Assembly (NCBI GenBank): GCA_013265495.1
Contig: MU058540.1
Span: forward strand, 705,696 to 769,695
Direction of reading: 5' to 3'
Source of the DNA: Vicugna vicugna
Lineage: Eukaryota
DNA length: 64,000 bases
In this document: positions 36,781-50,249 of the stretch, piece by piece
How positions within the stretch are numbered: position 1 is the first letter of the stretch
Layout: each line of letters starts with the position of its first letter
The notes under the pieces: model-generated
What the model was told of the DNA's origin: nothing
Database searches by the model: none
Seen by the model: the letters and a program-made list of their open reading frames with translations, nothing else
Translations under genes and position numbers: made by a program

Positions 36781-39700
36781 GGCTCCAGTTTCCTAAAAAC
36801 ACAAGTACCAGTTTCTTCAGGCTTAGCTCATGCTATTCCCCTTGGCTTGGGTCCTTCGAGGCCGAGTGAAAATGCTATCTTCCCTTTGGCAGTGTTCCCT
36901 GCCGCCTCACATGGAATTAACTGCCACCTGTGCTCCCGTAATACCTGTAAATGTCTCCAGTGAGTCCCTCTTTCTTTCCATTAGCGCTGTTCTGTCTGTC
37001 TTACTCCTCATCATGACACTTCCATGTCCAGACAATGAGGACTGCATCTTATTCTTTGCGATTTTGCCCTGCACACAGTAGGCACATAATCAAGTTAGGT
37101 TAAACAGGGAATTGCCATTTGCACCATGCATGAATCGCTGTTTTTCTTAAAAACTTTAAAAATTATTACAAAAATTATCTCTACAAGCTTTTAAACACCC
37201 ACACCATACAAAGTGGATACATAAAAAGCAGAAGTCCCTCACACTTCCCTCCCCCCAGACTAAATTCCCAGCTGAAGCCTGTGAACAGCAGGGAGTGTTT
37301 TCTCTGGGCTTTTGGTAGAATTGCAGATTTGGGGCCCCACACACCACTGCCCATCAGTAACCCCTGTAACTGTGTTTGTGGATCAAGGCAAAGAAAACCT
37401 CTGCCACATAAATTCACTCTTTGGAAAGAACAGGATGAAACAGACATTTCTTCAGCACCTACTATCTGCCAGGCACTATTCCAGATGCTATGGATAAAGC
37501 AGTGAAGAAAAACGGGCAAAAATAGCTGACCTGAAGAGTTTACATTCTAGCCGGGAGAAGCAAACAATAAACTAATACAGAACTATATACAGAGAGAGCA
37601 TCAGGGGAGAAGGGCCATGGAGAGGAACAGAGCAGGGTGGGTGGGCTGGGTGGGAGTGGCCCTCGGAGCACAGAGCCAGGAGGTCAGGCCCCTCCTGTGC
37701 AGCCAGAGGAGAAAATTTCCAAAAGGTCTTCACCTGAGCAAGGGGAGTGCCAGCCTTTGCCTTTAAGGGGCTTCTGGTGTATTTAGAGAAAGACCAGACT
37801 GGCCTTAGGGCCCTGTGGGATTCTTCCGTGGACAGGATTCCCTTTATGAGCTAGCTTTGGGCAGGTCGGGAAGGTGGGAATCAGAAGGTTGGAGGGTTCA
37901 GAGTGGGCTTCCTAGAGGAGATGGCATCCGGGTTGGGCCCTGACAGATGAATAAACTCATAATTTCACGGGAAGGAGAAGGCACCACAGGCCAAGGTACA
38001 GTGTAAGCCAAGATGTGGCAGGGGCTACTCTACCTACCCCCGCCACTATGCAGGAAGGGGTGGGCTGCCCCTGATCCCTCTTCCACTCAAAGCCCAGCCC
38101 AGCCTGAGCTCATCAGGTGTTGCCAGAACAGAGTCCCCCCTATACCTGTACAAACACTGAGCCTGCCTTGGCACCTTTAAGAAGCCCATGATGCCAGCCT
38201 CTACCCTTGGCAGGACATTGACAACATTCCTGTGTTTCCTCCCAGGCCTCTCCCTCCCCACTGCCAGCCTTACCCAACAAAGAGCTGTTTCCAGCAAAAA
38301 TCCAAAGAGAAAGTTTCAATCTGGGAGGTGGACTACAGGAAGGCACAGATATTTCTCTTTCCTTCAAGGAGACCCTGAAACTATCATTCCATGATCTCAA
38401 GGACAACTCTGGTCCCCTGCAAGTCCCTGAGTGGGTAGGGAAAGCCAGTACAATAGGTCTGGTGGTCCAGAAGGGGGCTGGGAATATTCCTGTGCCTCAG
38501 TTTTCCCTCTTGGAGTTGTGTTATGGAAATAAGGTTAGACAGTCAAGGCCTTGAGAGCTCAGGGTCTTGCATCAGAAGGGCCTGGCTTGCCTGTGAGATG
38601 AAGGTGGGGGTTTTACATCCATCCTGCAGCTCATTACTGGCTTATAGGCAAGTCTAGGCCGCAGGGCCCCGGGGTGAAATATGGCCCAGGGAGGGGGAGG
38701 CTTGTGGGCAGCTGAGCCTGATGAAGGCACCCAGGCTATTACTTAACCATCCTGATAGGCTTTACGCTCCCAGTGGTGACATTTTTGCTGCATTGCTTAA
38801 AAAAATAGTAGCAGCACCTCCCCCGGTCATTTTTCTACTTTTTCCTCATAAATGAAAAGGCAGATGTTTCCCAGAAGGGTTGCAGCTAGAATCTCATTTC
38901 TCCCTAGTGCCTTAGAGCTTGGGATGAGAAGAGAGGTACCACCGTGCCTCAGGCCCACCCTCCCTGCCCACTTCTTACACCCTGGTCTCCCCTCAACCCC
39001 TCACTCCCTGTCTCACTCTCCTTTTCTCAGGTAAATCCCTTTGTCTTCAAGGTCCTTTGACTGCTGCCCCCTTTCATTCTGCCCTCCACCTCTTCTGTTT
39101 CAATCCTTCCCTTCTCTCTCCTGTGCTACCTTCTCCCCATTCCCTCCTCTCTCCACCCTTCCTCTTCTCTCCCACTTTCCAGGCCTCTTCTCATTTTGCA
39201 GATGAGCAAACAGAGGGAGAAGCAGCCTGCTCAAGGTCAAACAGTTCATCCTCTTGGGTGGCTTGTAACATTACAGGTAACTCAGTGCCCTGTGGCTACT
39301 GTTTATGTCATCTTTGGCACAGGAGGCTGGGTGATGGTCCCTCCAGCCAGCCTGTCTGTGTTGCAGTGCCTGCCTAGGAAGTCACAGGTCTGGCTAGACC
39401 AGACCCTTGCTTTGTGGAGCAGCAGCATCACCTGAGAACTGGTTAGAAATGCAGACTCTCAGCCACCCCCCACCCCAACAACCCCTAGGCCTCTGAATCA
39501 GTCTCAGCATTTTAATATCTCCCAGGAGAGTCAGGGGCACATGAGGCTTTGTGCTAGTGTTTTCAGGTGAGAGCCTACAACCTGCCAGTCTTGTATATCT
39601 ATCTGTACACCCCTCAGCTGTCCCAGGTGTGTACTCACAGCCACTGCAACAAACTCCCCACTCCCACGCCTCACCCCTCACCCCTCTTCTGCACCAGGGA

Positions 39701-40318
39701 AAGTATGTCAGAGTTCCCACCAGACTGCCTGACTCAGAGCAGGGCAGCAGTGGGCAGGGGCTTGGCTAATTGCCTCTGGGTCTTTTGATGCTTGATTGTG
39801 CCCCGATGAGTAAGGGCTTGGAGACATCTGGAAACCATAACCTGGCATTAGTGGGCTGGGCCCTTCTAGGTTTTTCCTGACTGTTGCCTGGCCAGGCCTC
39901 CCGTGCCAGGGGAGGGGTGCATCTGAACTCAGCTCAGAAGCAGAGGAAGCACACCAGGGAGATGGGCTGAGAGCTAGGATCCTCCTCTGTGGTGCCTCCC
40001 AAGAGCTGTCCAGCCCTAGTCTCAGGTGCCCGACTAACATTCCAGGAGCAGCCCTGGGAGAAGTCATTTGTCTCCTGGGAGCCCCCAGGGAAGGCGACTC
40101 TCAGCCCCTGTGGCTGGTGTATCTGGGCCGGAAGGGGCAGCTGTCTTCTTATCCAAACATCTCACTTGATAGGAAGAAACAGGTCCAGTGAGGGGAAAGG
40201 ATTTGGCTAAGGTCACACAGCTTTGTCTCTGGAAGGTAAGATAATTGGGTGTAAATAGCATCTCCCGTCAGGAAGTAAGTGGCCCAGTCCACAAATCCTG
40301 AAGCCATCCTGACTTTCC

Positions 40319-40826
40319 TGTGGCAGATTAATGATGGCCAAAAATTCTCTGCTCTTCCTCACACTGAAAGATGAAAGTGGTATCTAATATCCCTCCCCCG
40401 AGTCAGGGCTGGGCTTGGTGAGTTGCCTAACCAAAGGAGACAGTGGAATTATGTTCTGGGACTTGACGCTTAATCACAAGGCACCTCCACCTTGGTTTCC
40501 TGGAACACCTGCTCTTGTTACCTAACTGCCATGTTATGAGAAGCCCCAAGAGAGGCTGATGTGAAGAGAGGAGCAGAGACTTCGAGCCAATAGCCTAGGC
40601 TAAGCTCCCAGCCCTGTCAGCACACACTTGCTGTGACTGAGTCATCCTGCAAGCAGCTCCAGTGGCTCCAGTCAAGCCGTCCCAGCCGATGTCACAAGCT
40701 GTGGACAAGCCTTCCTTGTCGAGCCCTGCCAAATTGCAGACTCATGAGCAAAATAAATGACTGTGGTGGTTTTAAGCCACCAAGTATTGGGGGTGGTTTG
40801 TTACGTAGCAATAGAAAACTGGAACA
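40319..40826 (+). mobile_element. MLT1 (MaLR) solo LTR, MLT1F/G-like
   Basis: Starts tgtggcagatta...gatggcc and ends ttttaagccac...ggggtggtttgttacgtagcaatagaaaactggaaca. Confidence 0.75.
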
Positions 40827-40829
40827 CCC

Positions 40830-41480
40830 CTAAATCTAGTCTGTCAGCAAATCTTGTCAGCTCTGCCTTCTAAATAGACCTAAATCCAACCTCCATCATC
40901 TCTTGTTTGGAAGACTGCAATAGATTCTTAATGTGTCTCCCTGCCTCCAACCCCTTGGCCCCTACAGTCTGTTCTCCAGCTAAAACCAAAGTCAGATCCC
41001 ATCCTTCCGATCAAACCTCTACAGGCTCCCCATTTCACTCAAAGTGAAAGACAAAGTCCTGTCCATGGCCCATAAAGCCCTGAGGATCTGATGCCACTTA
41101 CCTCCCTGACTCCCTCTACTGCAGCCACCCATCTTCTTGTTAGTTCTTGATCATCCCAACTTCACTCCTGCCCCAGGGCTTTTGCACCTGCTGTTTGTTG
41201 AGCCTGAAGCGCAACTCCCTGGCTACTCTCTCATTTCATGTAGGCTCTAGTCAAATCTTTTCCAAGGTACTTCCCTGACCATGCTAGAGACAGCAGCATT
41301 TCTATCCCTCCCCAACCCCCCTATTCTGCTGTACCTTTCTCCATGGCACTTAGCACTGATATTTCATGTTGATTTTATTATCCCTCTTCTGACTAGAGAT
41401 AATATCTTTAACACAGACTTTTTGAGAGCAGGAATTTTTGCCTGTTTGCTTGAATCCCCAGCACCCAGATTAGCATCTGG
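40830..41480 (+). mobile_element. L2 LINE fragment
   Basis: cagcaaatcttgtcagctctgccttc...ctgccccagggcttttgcacctgctg. Confidence 0.6.
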
Positions 41481-42291
41481 TCCTTTGGGCCTCGCTCACA
41501 CTGCCCTGGAATGGTTTCCTTCAGTCTCTGCTGCTTGCTGAAATTTCACCTGGCTGTGAAGGCTTGGATCTCAGTGTCATTCATTTGCCACCTCCTTCCC
41601 CAGGAGTGTGCTTCAGTGGCCATTTGGAGTTCACTGAGGCATTGCAGAGCAGAGAGAGCCAGTGTCTGGGTGCAGATGTGGCTGAGCTAGGAAGCTGTTC
41701 CCATCTCCAGGGAGGATTCCTTAGGGGTCTCCTGGCTGCAGGTGGCTAGACAAGGTCCAGAATGTGCTTCTCTGCCATTATCTCCCCCTGCCTTGCCTCT
41801 CCTCCAGTGTGGTGTTCTCTTTCTTCGTTTTCAGGCTTTTAACACCTGGCCTCCCACGGGGCTGATCCTCTTACCTGGAGACAATGCCAAGCCACTGCTT
41901 TAAAAGGCCTCGCTTTTAAAAGAGAGCCCCAAGCCCTCTTCCCCAGAATGTCTGCACCCACATTTACATCTCTGACATGCTCCCAACTGCGAGGCAGAGG
42001 AATCTGCTTCCAGCTACTTTTATTTAGGCTTCAGAAGGAGGATTGTGGTTGCCGGCAGATGAGGTCTGCAGGGCCCTGGAAGCAAACCTCAGCCCCGAGT
42101 CTCTAAAAATAATTTTCTGTTTGGCTCCAGAACCTGGTTCTGCTCTTCATCTGCCTGCAGGAGGCCTGGGGAGGGCCTAGATCCTGAAGCTGTGCCATGA
42201 AAAACTGATGTGGGAGGTGCTGAAAGGTTTCCCAGCTTCAGTCCCCTCCCCTTCCCCACCTCTGGTGCAGAGGGGTGTCACCTCTCAGCTG

Positions 42292-42445
42292 CATCAAATG
42301 TAAGATATCATTCATTGAAAAAGTAACCATTATGTTAGGTATTATGAAAGGGAAAAAAATGCTGCTGATTAAACCAGGATAAACCATTGATTATTAGACA
42401 TATTCAAGTTTCAGAGATATTAAAATGTGAAAATGAATGTGCACG
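42292..42445. mobile_element. TcMar-type MITE remnant (MER104-like)
   Basis: catcaaatgtaagat...tttcagagatattaaaatgtgaaaa...tgtgcac; the family name is from recall. Confidence 0.4.
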
Positions 42446-42832
42446 TCCAGATGAGATAGTCCTAGTCTGGGTGGAGCCCATTCCTCTCCAAACTAGCCAC
42501 TCTCTGGCTCACGCTTCCCTGGAAAGGAAGGAAAGAAAGGGGTTGTCTTGGATTCAAAGGCATTTAGCTGGCACTCTTGCCAGGACTGTGTGTGTGAGAG
42601 GGGACAGTGATGGGGGTGATAAGAACAGAGGACCTGGGAAGTAGAGAAGGGGGTCCTATCAGCAGAAAATGGAAATCAAATTGCCACCCACAGAACCTGC
42701 TTAATTTATAAAGTCACAAGTCCGTGTCACTGCCTTGTGAGCCCAGAGCAAAACAGATGGCCTCAGCCCCTATCTCACTGATCTGAGTCACAGTGGATGA
42801 GCTAGTGGGAGGGGACTGTTCTCACTGCACCA

Positions 42833-42852
42833 CCCCCCCCCCCCCCCCCCCC
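42833..42852. repeat. Poly-C run (C20)
   Basis: Read directly. Confidence 0.95.
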
Positions 42853-42899
42853 GCCATTACCCAGCACCCTTCCTCCCCCACGTTCAGAGAGAATCTCAG

Positions 42900-43004
42900 G
42901 GAGAGGGTAATAGCTCAGTGGTAGAGGGCATGCTTAGCATGCTCCAGGGCCTGGGTTCAATCCTCAGTACCTCTATTTAAAAAAAAAAAAAAGGCCAGAG
43001 AAGG
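42900..43004 (+). mobile_element. tRNA-Ala-derived SINE (camelid vic-1-like) with A-tail and 16-bp target-site duplication
   Basis: A box tagctcagtgg, B box ggttcaatcc, A-tail at 42979-42992. TSD is tcagagagaatctcag (42884-42899) and tcagagaggatctcag (43005-43020). Confidence 0.85.
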
Positions 43005-43179
43005 TCAGAGAGGATCTCAGTCCCCAGGACACGAGGGAGCTGCTGGAGGGAGCTTCATCCTCTGCTTTCTGAGAGAAGCAGAAGCCTACAACCTGGAGCC
43101 ATCAATACCAGTCCAGGAAGATGGGATGATGTGGGAGGAACAGAAGAAGGAGGGAGCAGGGCCCAGAAAAACTCAGGAG

Positions 43180-43683
43180 AGGAGCATCCAAGTGCAGCAG
43201 GAGGCACTGGAGTGAGACGTGCAGTAGGGAGTCGGATATCTCATCCTTTGCAGACTGTGGTGGACACCACAGTGCTGCCCACACTCGAGTGCCTGTTCTC
43301 CTAGCAGTGGGGACCAAGTGGTAGGGAATGCTGGTGGCTGACTACTCCAAGGTGAGCCCCTCTTCCTTCTGAGTGTTCCTGGCTGAAGGGAACCTCCTCT
43401 CTCAAGGTTACCCCATTTTCTGAAGGTAGCCCACATCCAGTGACTGGTAAATGGACAGAGTAAAGGACAGTTCCCCTAATGTCATGTGGGAACACCTGCG
43501 GGGCCATCCCTGCTCCAGAGCTCTTAGGGAGTGGCTGAGGCCTTTGCTGTGACTACACAGCAGTACAGCTTCCTGCTCTGCCCAGCCCTGCCTCCTTCAC
43601 TGGTGCTGTCTGGGAGCTCTCCCCAGGAAATCTACACACAAATCTCCATAACAGAGTCTGTTCACAGGAATCTGACCTGTCAC
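43180..43683 (+). mobile_element. ERVL LTR remnant (LTR16-like)
   Basis: tggctgaggcctttgctgtgact...cttcctgctctgcccagccctgcctccttcac...caaatctcca...cagagtctg. Confidence 0.55.
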
Positions 43684-46099
43684 AGAGAACCTGAGTGAAC
43701 AAGAGGGAACCAGAGAGTTCTGCTGTGAGGCTGGGGGTGACCCATACACCCCTGAAGACTCAACAGCCTAGGCAGTAGGGAACTCCAGGGAATTCCTCAA
43801 GATTATCCTCCAGGTCAGCCCCAGCTCCCTGCCCATCCACTGGCCTAGAGCAGAAGCAGCAGATACATGAATCAGATATCTGGATCATGGCAGCTGCAGG
43901 GGATGCAGACAGAGCCAAAGCAGGGGGGCTCAGGGACATCTGTGCAGGTGATACAGCTGCTGGGGGACTGCAAGTGAGGCTGGGATAGGGCAGGGCCCCC
44001 TACCTATGTGCATAGCAGAGCATATTTGAGCTATATACAAAGCCGGACTGGCCAATGTGTAGGTCTGTAAATGATCACATGTATGGGTACATGCACATAA
44101 ATGCATGTGTGTATATGTGTGTACACATGGAGGTGTGAGAAAGCTTGTGTGTACTTATGCCTGGAATGCAAACTTGTGGTTAAGGGCGTGCATGGATGAG
44201 TCTGTGCAAGTAGGCGTGAGTGTGTGCAAACAGGCTTGCATGTTTATCAGTGTGCCTGTGTGTGGGTACAGACAACTCACGAAGGCAATACATTCTGTGT
44301 GTCATCTCCCTCCCCAGCTACAGCCTCTCTCTTGCCTCAAATTCACTGCCTAAGCTGTCTTGAGACCAGCTTCTTCCCCTAGGTCTCAGCCTCCTCCCAG
44401 AAGCCTTCCTTGGTGAAGCCAACAGAAATTCCAGGCTACCCTGTCTTGTCATGATGTGTTCTCATCAAAACAATTTACTTGTAGGCTTGGCTGTCTGTAT
44501 TTGCCTATGTCCCCATCAGACTGGGTGCTTCCAAAGGGCAGAGTTGTGTCTGCATCATCAAACTGGGAGGTTCCCAACCATGGCCAACTGCCTCTCCCAT
44601 TAGGCCAGGATCTCCCCAAAGATGGAGCCTAACTCTGTTTCCCAGACTGAGCTCAATAAGCCCCATTGATAATGCCCTGAGAGAAGACAAAGATCTAGGG
44701 ACCACGCTCCCTGCACCAAGCCCAGCTGCCTTCCTGAGTGACCTATGTGGGTAGTTCAAAAGAATGAGCTGTGGGTCGGGTGTCAGGACATCTGGGTTCC
44801 AATCTCGACTCAATGTGACTTGGGAAAACTTTTGCTTTCTGGGCCCAGGTACCTCATCCATAATGTCAGGGGCTAGACAGTTGGCCCCAGGGCATCTCAA
44901 GGCCCTGTCCTTTGCCTGCACAGCTCTGGTGACATCCAGTCCCCAGGGTCCTGTGTGGCCTTGTCATTTCCCAGGACCGTGGCCCATCTACCCAACACCA
45001 TTTTAGCTTGACTGGCTGCCAGCAGCATTCTTCCCCCTCAGCCACATGGAGGGAATGAGGAGGGTCAGCAGGCCACGTGTCTGGATTATTACATTGAATA
45101 AGCTGACAAAAACCATCAGAAGATATATTGTTTAACAGGAGATTAAAAACCAATGAGAGCAGCTGGGGTTCTGGCCCTGAATCTCAATGTTTTTAATTTA
45201 ATTTCTTTTGCCGCTCAAATCACAGCATTATAAAATGATAAAAGTAGCTGTGTTTGCTCAAGGGTTTTATCATTAATTGATTTGGCTGAAGTTTTCCCAT
45301 AAGCCACATCTTTTGGAACATGCTTCTCATTTGAAGCCTCTAGACTCTGTGAGGAGAGGGTCAAGACATATGAGGGCAGAGGTGGGTGCTGGGGGTCACT
45401 TCGGCAAGCTCTCCCCACAGGTCAGTGGACCCAGGTCCCACACAGAAGCCCAGCACCAGGGCAGGCTTTTCTGCATCCTTCTATCTAAAGGGCCAGAGCC
45501 TGCGTGATCTCCCTTGACCCTGGGCAGGTCAGAGTCTGGCAGGTGTCCAGCAGAAAGCTGGCATCCTAGGCTGTAGGGGCAGGTTTCTGGCCTGGCCTCA
45601 TCCTTCAAGTCTGTGCAATTCAGTGGAGATCAGAGCTCCACTCAGACCCTCAATCCCCTAACAGACATCCCCCTCCTCTGTGCCTCCACTCCCCAGGTCC
45701 ACAAGGACCCTTTCCCAGAAGCCACCACTAACCTTTTTTCCCCCGGGGACTCCAGGCCAGGCCTCCGCTCCCACGGCAGCTGGTTAGGGCTTTTGGCTGG
45801 GTGACTACAAAACCTTCACGGAGGTGAGATGATTGTGTCTAACCTTGAAAGTAAGATTAAACAATTAAAACAATTATTCAATTTCTGATTATACAAAGTA
45901 ACTTACCGTAGGAAACTTGCAAAAATGGCGGACAAGTCTTACACGTCAGCGAGAGCCCTTCTGGGTGCATGTGAGGGGACGCCAAATGGAGGCGGATTCG
46001 CTGCAGTGAGTGGAGGTGTGGTAGACGTCTGGCAGGCCCCTTTCCACTCTCACTGCTTCTTTCCTCCCCAGCGTGTGGCTTTCTTGGGCTCAGGCTCCT

Positions 46100-46380
46100 T
46101 GTCTCCACGAGGCTGGAACGTGGGCCACCTATCCTCCCTCACAACTCCGTCACTGAGGAGAGAAGCTCTCTCCTCCAGCGCGCGTTCTGGAAACCCCAGG
46201 GAAGGGCTCTGATTGGGCTGGCTTGGGTCACATGCCTAAGCTCGGGCCAATCACAGGGCAGGATCAGGTAAGCGGCCGTCAGCTCTGATTGGCCCACATG
46301 GCGCTCGCGGGTGGGAAGGTGAAGACAGGGAGCTGGGTAGGGTGGAGTTTCCCAAAGTAGGGAGGGCACACAGGGTGGCC
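46100..46380. mobile_element. MLT1J/K-like LTR remnant carrying three CCAAT boxes
   Basis: gggaagggctctgattgg...gcttgggtcacatgcc...ccaatcac...ctctgattggcc is the characteristic old MLT1 motif. Confidence 0.6.
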
Positions 46381-47524
46381 TCCCCAAATTAAGTGTCTTA
46401 CTGCTGTAAAGAATATACAAATTGCTTGTTAAACTACTGTTAACATTGAGGTGTAGTTCATGCTAAAATATTTTCTATTCAAAAGGCAGACGTGTCAGTA
46501 GAAGAGCAGGTGAAGGCATTTAACAGAAGAGGAAACTGAATTGGACTCATGGAATGATGACGGACAGCACTGTAAACAGGGAAATGCGCATGAAAACCAC
46601 AAGGAGATACAATTTCCTACCTGTTACACTGACAAAAATGAAAATGTCTCTCCGTCAAGGGTGTGGGAAATAGGACTCTTCACTTGCTCTCGGTACCACT
46701 ACTCAGAAGCGCACCCAGCAGCGCCTTGTAAAGATGAAGATGAGCTCCCCTGCCACCCAGCTACTGCACATAAATCCCAGAGACAATCTCACGTGTGTGC
46801 AGAAGGAGATATAAGAGCTGCAGCATTTTATGGGGGAAAATGTCAATAATCTCAGCATTTATTAACCAGAGAAAGGATAAATAAAGTGTGGGATCCTCAG
46901 AATTCTGGGCAGCTGGTAAAATTAATGTCACACATTATCAAGATGGATTGAGTACACAAACATATTATTCTTTGGGGGGAAAAAAGCAGGTTGCAGAAAG
47001 TCTCCTACTATTTATTAACATGTGAAAACACGTACAAATACTATATATTACTTATCCCAAGTAGTAGATGTTTAAAATCATGCATAGGAATGATACCAAC
47101 TTAGAGTGACAGAGAAGGGGGCAATAAAGGGGCTGCGGAGAGGTACACAGGATTTCAACTCTATGTGTAATCTTTACTTCTATTAAAATGATCTAAAGCA
47201 AAATAAAAATAAAATGAGGATCAGTCCGTTTCTGTATAAATATATAAACTTGTGTTTTTGTATCTATACATATATTTTTAGTGTCCTGCTGTATACTTAA
47301 CATTGTATAATGAGGATGAAAACATGATTTTTAATGGCTGTGTAATATCCCCTTATAGGGATGTGTCATAATTTATGAAGCCATGACCTGTGGCTACCTA
47401 TATAGATTTTTTTTCTATTTTTCACACTTCAGTGAGTGTTCTTACACACATGATTTCCTTAGGGCTTAAAGCTGGATCAAAGATTTAAGATATTTTTAAG
47501 TCTCCTGATAATTATTGGGTAAGA

Positions 47525-48545
47525 GTGTTAGCCAGAATTCTTTGGGTTGCAAGTGACAGACCAGTTCAAACTGGCTTAAGTACGAAGGGACATGTGTTGG
47601 CTTATGTTGCTGAAAAGGCCAGGGAAAGAAGGCTGCCTTCAGGGGTGACCCAATGTCCTCAGGGCTCTGCCTACCTCCTAGCCCCCCTGTCTTCATACCT
47701 CACCTCTACCTTCCTCTGCTCAGCGTCATCCCAGGCAGGCCCCCTCCAAATGGCACAGGACGGCCCCCACCATCTCTGGGTGCTGTCTGCTCATCATTGC
47801 CTCACAGCCTAGCTTCCAAGGGCTGCTGTAACAAATGATGACCAATGTGGTGCCTTTGAACAGCAGAAATGCAATCTTTTGCTGTTTTGGAGGCCAGAAG
47901 CCTGAAATCAAGGTTTTGGTAGGACTGCGCTCCCTCCAGAGGCTCTAGGGAAGAATCCATTCCGTCTTCTCAACTTCTGTTGACCGTTGGCATTTCTTGG
48001 CTTGTGGCCGCATCTCTCTGCTAGGTTTTCACACTGCCTTCTCCTCTCAGTGTTGAATCTCTCCTCTGTGTTTGTCTAACTTCTCTTATAAGGATACTTG
48101 TGATGGTATTGCGGGCCCACCTGGGTAATCTAGGATAAGACTTTCCTCTCAAGATCCTTAACTTAATCATCCCTTTTGGCATCTAAGGTAGTATGTACAG
48201 GTTCCAGGTATTAGGAAGTAAATATATCTTTGGGAGGGAGGCATTTTCCAGTTACCATACATCCTTACAACTCAGGATCCCAGAGGACCTGCTCAGGCAA
48301 AATCCCAGCTCGGGGGTGAGCAGTGGAGTGGGGGAGCTGTAACTGGCCAGCTGGAGTCACATGCCCATTCCCAAGTTGATCACTGTGGCCAGAGTACAGA
48401 GGACCTCTGATTGGTCAGGTTTGGGCTGTTCCTAAACCTTGCAGCTGCAGAGTGGGGCCAGCCCCACCTAATCGCATGGACTGAGTGGTATCACTGTGGG
48501 ATGGAGGAAGGGCAGCTCACCAAAGAATGAGATGCAGGGCAGGCA
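47525..48545 (-). mobile_element. Old MLT1J/K-like LTR with a younger MLT1 (MLT1B/C-like, about 47811-48261) nested inside
   Basis: Outer element: tttgggttgcaagtgacaga...ctctgattggtcagg. Inner element: gggctgctgtaacaaat...ggaggccagaagcctgaaatcaagg...tcaagatccttaacttaatca. Confidence 0.7.
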
Positions 48546-48644
48546 AAATACACATGCTTTAGGGATGGGAGGGGATTTAGTGGGCACTCTAGATGGAAAT
48601 ACAGCATAAGCAAAGGCTCAGAACTGGGAGAATCAAGGCATAAG

Positions 48645-48905
48645 AATGATAATAACAACTGCCCTCTTTTACTGAGTACTTATACGTGCCAGACACTATA
48701 CTCAGTGTTTTGCATGTACTAACTCATTTATTACCTACAATTCCCTGTGACACAGATGTACCGTTGTTATTGCCATTTTTACAGATGACGAAACTGAGGC
48801 ACAGAGAGGTTAGGCAACTTCCCAAGTTCTTACAGCTAAGAAGCGTGGAGGCAGGATTTGAACCCAGGAGGTAAGGACCCAAGTCTGTGTTCTTAACGAC
48901 TATTC
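48645..48905 (-). mobile_element. MIR SINE
   Basis: tttactgagtactta...gtgccagacact...ttttacagatgacgaaactgaggcacagagaggtta...gcaggatttgaacccagg. Confidence 0.85.
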
Positions 48906-50249
48906 TCCAAGTAGTAAGTGATCCTGTTCGGCAGAAAGGTAGGGGCTGTGTGCGAAGAGGTTAGTTGGGGGTGGGCTATAGAAAGTCTGAGGTCAGGCTG
49001 AGGGGCTGGGGCTCTATTTAGAAATCACAAGCCCCTACCAGTATAAGAGCAGGGGAGGCCTGTTACCCAGACAGGGATTTAAGGGGGATGAGAGAGAAGC
49101 TGAGGGGGGATGGGCGATGCGGCTTGTGGGATGATGGGGGCAGAGGAGAGGTGGGCCGAGGGAGTGAGAGAAGAGGGGCCACATCTGGAAAACACTTCAG
49201 GGGACAGAGCAGTTGGCCTCAGAGACTGGAGACCTGGGAGCCCCTGTGACACAGACAGGGCAGAGGGAGGAGGTGCTACTCCATTTGGGACATACTGTGC
49301 CACCTTCTGGGAGGCCCTGGGCCATGGCCTGGCCTCAGATGAGCTGCAGCACATTTCCAAGGGGAGGAGGGCGGAGAGGGGGTATCCTGAGAGCCACACA
49401 GCAGGTGCGTTCCTGGGTGGCCCCTCCCTGCCTTTCCTCCTCTAGAGCTGTGGGAGCAGTGAGCAGCGGCAGATGAAGTGTTTAATGAGTGCAGGGGAGA
49501 GAGCAGTTCCACTGAGGGCTTCAGCAGAGGAGGCTGCAGCCACAAGGCCTCACTGCTCCTTCTGGCCCTGGCATCTCTTGCCTTCTTGGTCCTGCCCGTG
49601 GCCAGTGGCTTGCAGAGAGCCGACCACCATCAGGGGGTGATCTGAGCCTCAGTGCTGGTGTGCATCACCCCAGCAAAGCTTCCCCCCAGGAACCTGGGGT
49701 CAGAGTGTTTGTATCACAACTATATTTTGAAGAGAGGGCCACTCTGGGTGGCTTGGTTTTTGAATTGGAGATACTGAGACCACCCCCAAAAAATATAGGT
49801 CAGGGAGAGATAAAGACTTTGGCCTATCAACATGACTATCATGATATAGGGGGGCTGCAGGGAGACCTGGAATTTATGAAGTCCACCCCCGCCTCTGACT
49901 TTGCCACTTGATTTTAACTGCCTTAGCTGCTCCTATTCTCTGAGACGCAGTGAAAATGTGGGTAGAGATGGGCTTGATCTCCCAGGCCCTAAGATGCACT
50001 CTACTCCTCTTCCCTACAAAGGTGTGTGTATGGACGCATGCACGTGTATGCATGCACACACACACACACACACACTCACTCACAGACATGTACCTAACTC
50101 TCCAGGCCCCTGCCCTCCCCTTCTATGACCAGATAAACCCTCCTGTGTTTACACAGCTTAACCAAGGGCAGTCAGCCTCACTGGCTGTAAAAGTCAGGCC
50201 AAGTCAGCCTGTGGGGTCTCTGGGGGAATCTGGGATTGGGCTCAATGAT

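Noticed and set aside
42900..42975. Possible tRNA-Ala gene
   Set aside because: The acceptor stem does not pair cleanly, and an A-tail and TSD are present, so it is a SINE.
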